DNA from: Catajapyx aquilonaris
Taxonomy: Eukaryota
Length of the DNA stretch: 44,318 nt
Assembly: GCA_000934665.2 (NCBI GenBank)
Contig: KZ538853.1
Coordinates: 1 to 44,318, forward strand
Direction of reading: 5' to 3'
Shown: one piece after another, positions 36,595-44,318 of the stretch
How the letters are laid out: every line of letters starts with the position of its first letter
Numbering within the stretch: the first letter of the stretch is position 1
Translations under genes and position numbers: made by a program
The notes under the pieces: generated by a model
What the model was told of the DNA's origin: nothing
Seen by the model: only the letters and a program-made list of their open reading frames with translations
Databases searched by the model: none

Positions 36595-39113
36595 TATGCA
36601 TTTAACGTGAACTATGAAATTCTCCCAATTATTTTTAGCCCAATTCCTAACCGAATGTGGGAGAAAAGCCCTGAAAATGTAATATCATTAGTTGAGTGGG
36701 TAACTTATTCTTGGCATATCCGCCTACAAACTTGTTCTTTCCCGAGCTGGCTAATAAGGTGGAAACAGGCAAGCGTAGCCCGAAGGTGGTCCCTTAGAAA
36801 AGAAAGAAGCACGTGGGAGGGGAAGGAAGAAACACATCTGCTTTGATTGCATAGTTGATTCCATTTCCATCACAAAGAAGAGCAGGTCCCCCTTTAAAAT
36901 ATCCCGCAGCGTGCTGCCACGCGAAAGATTTCTTTTGGCTGAAGAAATTCCATTAGTGATACTATAGGTCTATGCGTACTATAAACCAGCGGGCCGCCAT
37001 TAGCCTGCCACAACACTGCCTGGAAGTCATAATTAGCTTTCTTTTCTTATTTCTCCCTGTGGAAGTGGAAATGACGGATAATTAGAGCGAGACCTTGTGA
37101 AAATCCCAAACGCGGTCGACCACTTTGATTGGCTTTTTAATGCCCATTTTGCAGAATAACATATTTTTGTCAACACCCAGGTGAATAGGCGAATTCATTA
37201 GTTGAATGCATGTGCCGTTTCAATAGAGGAATCTTATACAATACTGGAGTACCAGCATGCACTATACAGAGTTACAAGAGTTGAAATATTACGTGTATAT
37301 TTTTCTCATCTAATAATAAGCAGTCACTTCTATAAGTTATAAAAATTAGCTGTGAAGTCATGTTTCACAGTTGATACTAAGCTATGCACTTTTATGTTTT
37401 TCACAAGTTGAACGTGACACAGTCTTTTAACTTTTTTTATATCGTATAATTATTATGGGCAGATCTAGAGTTGCCGTGATTTTCAACCGTTGCGATAAGT
37501 TCTGGCCATAAACACTGTCGCTGTTTTTAACAGGCTATATTTCTGTGCAAGGACAACTGGTGCAATGGTTGGCAGAGATTCATATTCCGCAAAATTCCAC
37601 AAAAAGTTTTGACACTGTATTCGTACCGTAACACCGGCTATATTTTTCTCCACTGCACTGATGCCGTTGATTGGGAAAAAAGTTCAAAGCCGCTTTCATC
37701 ATTACGTACGTAGTTACTGCGTTTGCTTTCTGGTAATGCCTTAAATGTAGGTAGATTATAGGATGGTGTACGATATCCACTCATGCTGAGCGTAGAAGTG
37801 CTTGTAACTCGAGTTTGTGGGTATTTCCAGAGCCTGAACTCAGGCTTTTAGGCTACGTATAGACTACACTATGCTATACGAAGCTTTTAGCTCGTGTGAA
37901 ACCATAGGCAACTTTGGAACCATAGATACGGGGTACACTTTAATTTTAATTCATAGACAGGGATTCAAATATCTGTACATCATATTGCATCGCAAGCTCC
38001 CGAGAACCAGAGTTTGCCTGATAATTCGGATTTAAAAAATCTTGCGCTTCTCTCTGCATTTCATGGGTCAGTTATTCAAGTTTTTACAATATTGCATCTA
38101 ACTTTACTGAAAATACCGTACTACACAGCAGCTTTAGCCTATAGTCACTGCTAGTGTCACCAGCAATGAATCTCTTATCATTGCTTACACCAGAGAATGG
38201 CACAACGGCCAACAGTGACGTTCAATAATGCCAACAATGACACTTAAAAAGTTACAATTATTAAAGACGCGTATAATGTCTGGTTGAATCACTCATCTCT
38301 TATAGCCTCTACTGAATTGCGCTTAGGTAGTATCTTCCTATGCCTTTGGCTGCCATATATGGACATGAAACAGTATCGATTGCTCACTACTCGATCAATG
38401 CACTTTTGTTTTCATTTATATTACATTCATCCGTAAATTGCAGAAATATGTAAATTCAGAACAAAAGGTGGTCGCGGTTGGTAGTCTACGGTAACAGTTG
38501 TTTAAAAACAGCAGGGATTGGACATAAAACGCGTCGCATGTCAAAAAAAAAAAACTGCAATTGCCACTGTTAAAACTGCCCTTTGTGGAATAGAGTTTAA
38601 TCCAAGCTGTGTCTAAAAATGGCTCTCGGAGGAAGGAAGAAATGTAGTATATCGATCACAACAATCCCAATCCATATAGAGTATGCAGTGTGTTCCAAGT
38701 ATTGGGGTCCTTTTAGTTACGGTATCGCAAATACGCCAAAAATTATATTTGTACTGTATAGCTTTTGGCGTCCCAATCGAGGCGCCCAATTATACAGACC
38801 ACACCTGGGAATGCTAGGGACCTGGATACTTGGAACACACTGTATATTAGAGATCAGTGGGTTGAATCGATAATACAAGGTAGTTGCGACTCCACCAAGC
38901 CTATATACTAAGAGATCTAAATCTCGAATAGAATGGCTGAAAAAAAGTTTTTATTTCCTCCTGGTTGTATGTTGGCAGGTTTTTGTATTGACAAGAGTAC
39001 AAAGGAACCAGTCAGTGCCGTCATACCACGAATGTTTCAAGGTCTAAGAAATAGTCAAATCTTCCATTTCTTACCTGTATCACCTGTGCTCCTTACCTTA
39101 TATGTGCTGTATA

Positions 39114-39537
39114 CAGGGTGTATCTGAACTCAGTGCCCCGACGTATATGACTGACTTCCTAGCCACCAGATGATCGATTTAAGTATAGGAATCATATGTC
39201 TGGGCAGCCTCATTACTGAGATACACTCATTAGCGATTTTTGCCTAATCGCTCCTTCTGACTCTTAAATAGAATTTTCTGGTGTAACTAGCCAAAGAGGC
39301 CTTACCACCTGTGGGCAACAAACCAACAAAGTCCCGCCCCCAGACCTTCCAGAGCCTTCTGACTGGGGGAGGGTTCGATGGGTGGCCTAACCGACAGGAT
39401 ATTTTGTACTACATGTTTGCGGCCAATTATCTCAGTAATGAGGCTGCCCAGACATATGACTCCTATACTTAAATCGATCCTCTGGTGGCTAGGAAGGCAG
39501 TCATATACGTCGGGGCACTGAGTTCAGATACACCCTG
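39114..39537. mobile_element. Tc1/mariner-type MITE, family F2 copy b (424 bp)
   Basis: Same length, orientation and interior as 28936-29359; TA TSD. Confidence 0.93.
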
Positions 39538-40893
39538 TATAGTGATGGCGTGATGATTGTCAGAGAATCAACGCAAAAGTTTATTTATTATTTGATTTCT
39601 AATTTTTGTGCCACTATTCCACACGAAAACCTGCTGATCCAATAATCACATGTTCTCGGTATGTGATAGGTGACTTCAATATTTCTTACTGACTTCCTTA
39701 CAGTCATTGTCAATAAACACGATAAATAACAGGTTGGGGCCCATTAACACCAATGAAAAGTCTGGGGCGACAGTGTAGCAAAAGGGCTGTCGAACCGAGG
39801 CGTCGCTTCGGTTAGAAAGCGTTCCGAGAGATTAATACAATGCTTGTCGGCACAACCTACCCTGGTGCAAACAACTGGGACAATGTCAGTGGCTTTCATG
39901 GCGGCAGATTGAAAGGGCTGAAATCGGTGGGGGGAAAGGGAAGAGAAGGAGAGACGAAGCGAATTAGGTAGATATTTCCTTGCAGGATATTGAATTTAGG
40001 GTGGCATTCATTGCCTAGTAAAGGGTTACACTTGCTTTAAGGAATCGGGAGGTAGCTATATACCGAGCTATACTCAGGTGTTAGCTGGATGGTCATAAGG
40101 AGTCCAGGCTGTGACACAGGAGTAACTATTCAGTAGGCCTACTTACAGTAGCTTATGCTCTTGACAGACTGTGTCGGTGCGTATTAATTTAATTATTTAA
40201 TGTATGACTCCCACTCGCCAATAGTACTGTAGATGTATTGCCGAGTAACATGGAAACCTCCGGCTTTTCGTAATTTATGGACTGGCTGCGAAGCACGTCA
40301 TAAAAAATGGAGGTGGTCAACAGAGCATACTTCTAGCTGCAATTACGCGCAATTTATTCATACCTCTCCAATTGGAGAAATGTGTGCAAAAACTGGAACA
40401 ACTTATACATGATTTTTTATTCATCCAGGTTTGCATTGGGCACAGCCGACCGATGCAGCAATCCTTCCAGATTTGGTTCCCGTTGGGGGGAATTTGGATG
40501 GAAAATCAGTTTCATCCTAGATTTTTGTAAGTCGTTCCGAGTTGCTCAGACCTCAGCCTTTGTGCTAATTCTAGCTCCTGCTCTCAATGGTGCTGGTTAT
40601 ATTCCCACAAGCATCGCAATGGACCAATCCCTGAACTTAATTTCGTCTTTCAGATTGCTTCCTTAGTTTTCAGGTGGTCATTTAGAGTGAGATTCGTTTG
40701 CAGGCAAAATCTTCTCCGTAACTTTCTCCTGAATGTTCGACGTGGCCATTTGGAAGTGGTCCGGCACAGTTGAATTGAAGTCTGCAGGATCAAAACCGGA
40801 CCACGAGGTCGTTTGCGTGTAACGCTATTCATTTTGATTGTTCCTACTGTAATCACATAACTCTGATGCAACGCTCCTTTGGTAGTTTCTGTA

Positions 40894-40895
<2 letters not shown>

Positions 40896-40955
<60 letters not shown>
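40896..40955. repeat. (TTA)20 microsatellite
   Basis: Read directly. Confidence 0.97.
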
Positions 40956-41494
40956 GCGACCCAATTTACAGGCTTTTGCTAATTTGCAAGATGTGTGCCA
41001 GGCAAAGTGGTAACACCCTGAAAGAACGTAATTACTGTCAAGTGTGGTGCTATGAATGGGCCCATCAACATTTCTCTCGTTGACTGCAAATTGATGTCGC
41101 GGGAACAATGCCGTAACTAACATATCCATAATACTTTTATAGAGAGCGATTTGCACGCGAAAGAAGTTAAATGTACCTCAGCACATTTGCGACACATTGA
41201 CTATGTCAACAACCAGTTTTTTTTTAACTCTCCGCGGGCAAACATCGGCTTGCTTTATTGTCCCTTTGCCGAGTCTTTACCTTTCCTTTTCTTCCCCAGA
41301 TTTTCTCTTGGAGCAGACCCGATTGTTACATATGCATAGAGTAGGCGCCGAGTGTTTACAAAGTGGAAGTGTCTACTAAGAAAAGCAACAAAGGGGAGTG
41401 CGAGCGTATAAGAGAGGTAAGGCGTAAAGTGCAAACAAGCCAGATGGCCTCCTGACCTCAGCTATCCGTCAGCTCTGAAAGTTTTTCTTCTTCT

Positions 41495-41524
41495 GGGGTG
41501 GGTGGGTGGGTGGGTGGGCTGGGT
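41495..41524 (+). repeat. (GGGT)n tract, G-quadruplex-capable, next to an assembly gap
   Basis: GGGGTGGGTGGGTGGGTGGGTGGGCTGGG; N run at 41558-41712 followed by poly-C. Confidence 0.7.
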
Positions 41525-41557
41525 GAGGCCCCATTTTGCAAATACCAAGCCGGCGCC

Positions 41558-41712
41558 NNNNNNNNNNNNNNNNNNNNNNNNNNNNNNNNNNNNNNNNNNN
41601 NNNNNNNNNNNNNNNNNNNNNNNNNNNNNNNNNNNNNNNNNNNNNNNNNNNNNNNNNNNNNNNNNNNNNNNNNNNNNNNNNNNNNNNNNNNNNNNNNNNN
41701 NNNNNNNNNNNN
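41558..41712. other. Assembly gap (N run)
   Basis: 155 N. Confidence 0.99.
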
Positions 41713-42061
41713 GCCCCCCCCCCCCCCATTTGGTGTGAAATGGCTCTAGTCTAATCCAGCACGCCCACTTGCCCTTTTACAACAATCAGATTACGCTCTT
41801 TGACACGCAGCCCGTCGTTTTTAGACCTCCAGCATAACTATATAGCAGGTCAGATCACGCAGGTGTTACCGGCTCCCAAGGAAAAGAAGCTTACCGGAGA
41901 GCTTTCCGGAGATTCCGGACCCTCTCTCGCGCGAAACAACAGGCGCTTATATAGTCTTGGACCTTGTTAGCCAGTTGGGAAATATCTTCGGCCCTCTCTA
42001 GAGGTGAGTCAAATTGTGTAGCTTACTTGATATCAGGCACGTATGCGAGCTCTAGTGTATA

Positions 42062-42545
42062 CAGGGTATTTTGTTACGGTATCTACAAGCATATATGGTT
42101 GCATTCTTGTACCTAATGAGTTGGAAGTTCCTGTGAAATTGATGGTAACGCTTTTATATTAATACACTGAAGGAATGCATATTATTTTGTCAAGATAGTC
42201 TCAGTAACCTGTTGGATGCCTAGATGCTAGATCAAATGAGGGGTGTGGTGGAACAAGGTGATAACCCTCATTTTTGTCATTTGACCTAAACACCTAGCAA
42301 CTATGTAAAAGACATGACAAACAGTTTGGTATACCCTAAGTTCACGTATCATGCACGAGACGGCCACACGGACTAGATCAAAACCCGTATTCCCTAAGAT
42401 TTTTTAAGAGAATGCAAACTTCAATTCACTCTCCTTAAAAATCACACTTTTTTCCCGCTACACCCCTCAAATGACACCTCTAATATGATCCTCTGGATTC
42501 CCGGAAATGCAACCCTTGTCGTATAACGTATTACAAAATACCATG
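42062..42545. mobile_element. Old Tc1/mariner-type MITE
   Basis: TA|CAGGGTATTTTGTTACGGTATCTACAAG..GGTTGCATT versus AATGCAACCCTTGTCGTATAACGTATTACAAAATACCATG. Confidence 0.55.
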
Positions 42546-43090
42546 CATTTCAAGACGATTTATCAGAGTGCAATGCTGACTGTGATAGTACTCGATGAGG
42601 CTTGGCGGTTCTGCAATCTGTGCGCCCTCCTCTTGTTTACCACAGTCTGTATCCCAGGAACGAATATAGCTACTTAAAAGTTGCCTTCATGGGTCGTGTG
42701 GTGTATGCTATGCGGTCAGCGAGACATGTGCAGAAGTTGTGCAGTTGCTGGGGGTTGCTCAGGGAGTGGCTTCACACGGTTTTTGCACAGCACTGTATGG
42801 GATATCTAGTTAATTCTTGTTGTCTGAGGAGGCAGTTTAATTTTGTTGTAGTCTATATGGTTCTGAAATTATCAACAGCCAGCAACTGGACGAGTCGGGG
42901 ATGGGCTCACGTTATTAAATTATGTGATGCGTTCTTCTCAAGAAGAATATTGGCCGACTCATATTCACATTTTTGATATAGGAATGAATTCCCTCTCTGA
43001 TACTGCAAACAAGATTGGTAACTCACGTGAGCGTGATTAGAATAGACTTTTTCTCGTTCTTTCAAGTAGATTTGTGCAGCTAGAGGGAAC

Positions 43091-43280
43091 CCGGAAAACC
43101 GGAAGTGGCGGGTCACCGGAAGTTGACCATGCTCCTATTTAGGCCACGCTTAATACGAATATGAAAACCGTTTGTCTCTATCTTTTGCGGTTGAGGCTCT
43201 GATACCTGTCCACGGACGGACGGGCAGACAGACGGACAGAGCCGTTCTATAAGACTTTTTTCGATGACGAGAAAAAGTCT
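43091..43280 (-). mobile_element. DINE-1/Helentron-associated (HINE)-like element fragment
   Basis: Terminal stem AGACTTTTT..AAAAAGTCT followed by a (GTCY)n microsatellite CTGTCCGTCTGTCTGCCCGTCCGTCCGT; homologous to 36062-36155. Confidence 0.55.
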
Positions 43281-43841
43281 CAAACGTACTAGATACAACA
43301 GTGCTGAAAATTCTTTATCAATATTATAAAGTAAATTAAAAGAGACAGAAACTGATCATATTCACCCTGTACAATCAGCTGATGAACATTGATTATATAG
43401 ATTAAACCAGAAATTTAAATGCATAATTTGTAAACCAGCACGGTGCTGTTGGCGGAAGTCCGAGAGGAAGTGGTGTTGCCAGGTTCAGGTTTCCATGCGG
43501 GAGACAGTGGTACCAGATCCATCCAGTAGGCAGTGGTCTGGCGGGATTCACGCAATGCTCTGCCATCACGACTTCGACACATAAAAATGCGCCTCACATT
43601 GTCACTGCTCAAAATATATGATATTATCAACAGGATCGTTTACATCCAGTGTATTATTTGGTCGTTAGGCACAGTGTTTCCCAACCCAGAGACACAAGGG
43701 GACAATGTTTGTCCTGTTCTTTTGTTTGATGAGAACAAAATCCTCCTTCTTGGCACGTAATCAAAATAATGCTATATGTGTCTCTAAGTTGGCATGGCAA
43801 CCAAAGAGTGGACAGTGCCTGTACCGGGCAGAGTTTCCTAA

Positions 43842-43948
43842 GGGCCGTTTTCTCGAACAGTGGTTAAAATGTAAACCCGGTTCAAAGCCGGTTTAAACCC
43901 TTGACAACAGCCTAACAACATTTGAACCACTGTTCGAGATAACGGCCC
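43842..43948. mobile_element. PIF/Harbinger (Tourist-like) MITE
   Basis: TAA|GGGCCGTTTTCTCGAACAGTGGTTAAAATGT ... ACATTTGAACCACTGTTCGAGATAACGGCCC|TAA: 3-bp TAA TSD. Confidence 0.85.
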
Positions 43949-44318
43949 TAAGTAGTGCGAAGTGGTCTGTAATGACCCCAACGTATTGTACTGCGCCACA
44001 CGGGGGAAGTGTCAACAAAACTTGTGTATGCCTGAGGGCCGGTAAATACTTTTTATCTATGGCCCAAACAAGGATTGTCGCGGGTTATCCTTTAATTTAA
44101 AAAAATATAAAATAATAATAATAAAAAACATACAGGGTAGCTCATCCAAAATACTTGTCCGACTACTATGGCTATTTTTGTTAGGAATCTGCTTATTTTA
44201 AGCGGTTACTTTCACATATTGACTTTTTATGGTTATCAGAAGTATATCAAGTAGCCTATTAGCAATTAATGTTAAGTTACGCATATCAATCCCAAAGTGG
44301 ATTCTGTCATTGACGTGA

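Noticed and set aside
41469..41754. ORFs spanning the N run, and Ns inside poly-G/C tracts (6604, 19297, 20657, 27979)
   Set aside because: Assembly or sequencing artefacts at homopolymers and gaps.
1..44318. CRISPR array, retron or other prokaryotic defence system
   Set aside because: No regularly interspaced direct repeats, no operon-like ORF density, and no intact RT or nuclease ORF; spliceosomal introns and SINEs show the DNA is eukaryotic.

Overview
Eukaryotic genomic DNA from an invertebrate animal, probably an arthropod. It is not prokaryotic: there are no operons, CRISPR arrays, rRNA or true tRNA genes. Only one protein-coding gene is well supported: FAIM (Fas apoptotic inhibitory molecule) on the minus strand, with 4 coding exons (5080-4961, 4892-4670, 4593-4544, 2542-2393), 180 aa, and a non-canonical GC-AG third intron. 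The other ~38 kb is non-coding and dense in short non-autonomous transposons. These include about 18 TIR or fold-back elements (Tc1/mariner, pogo-like, PIF/Harbinger, piggyBac-like, Transib-like), three tRNA-derived SINE types sharing one 3' stem-loop, a Lep1-type Helitron, a DINE-1/HINE-like element, RTE LINE fossils and microsatellites. The most interesting pattern is that several elements are near-complete palindromes built by inverted duplication of one end of a parent element: a mariner 3'-end fold-back, a mariner 5'-end fold-back, and a Transib-like fold-back that turns inside a captured HINE. Nearly all ORFs in the supplied track are spurious. I found no evidence for a new protein-coding system.
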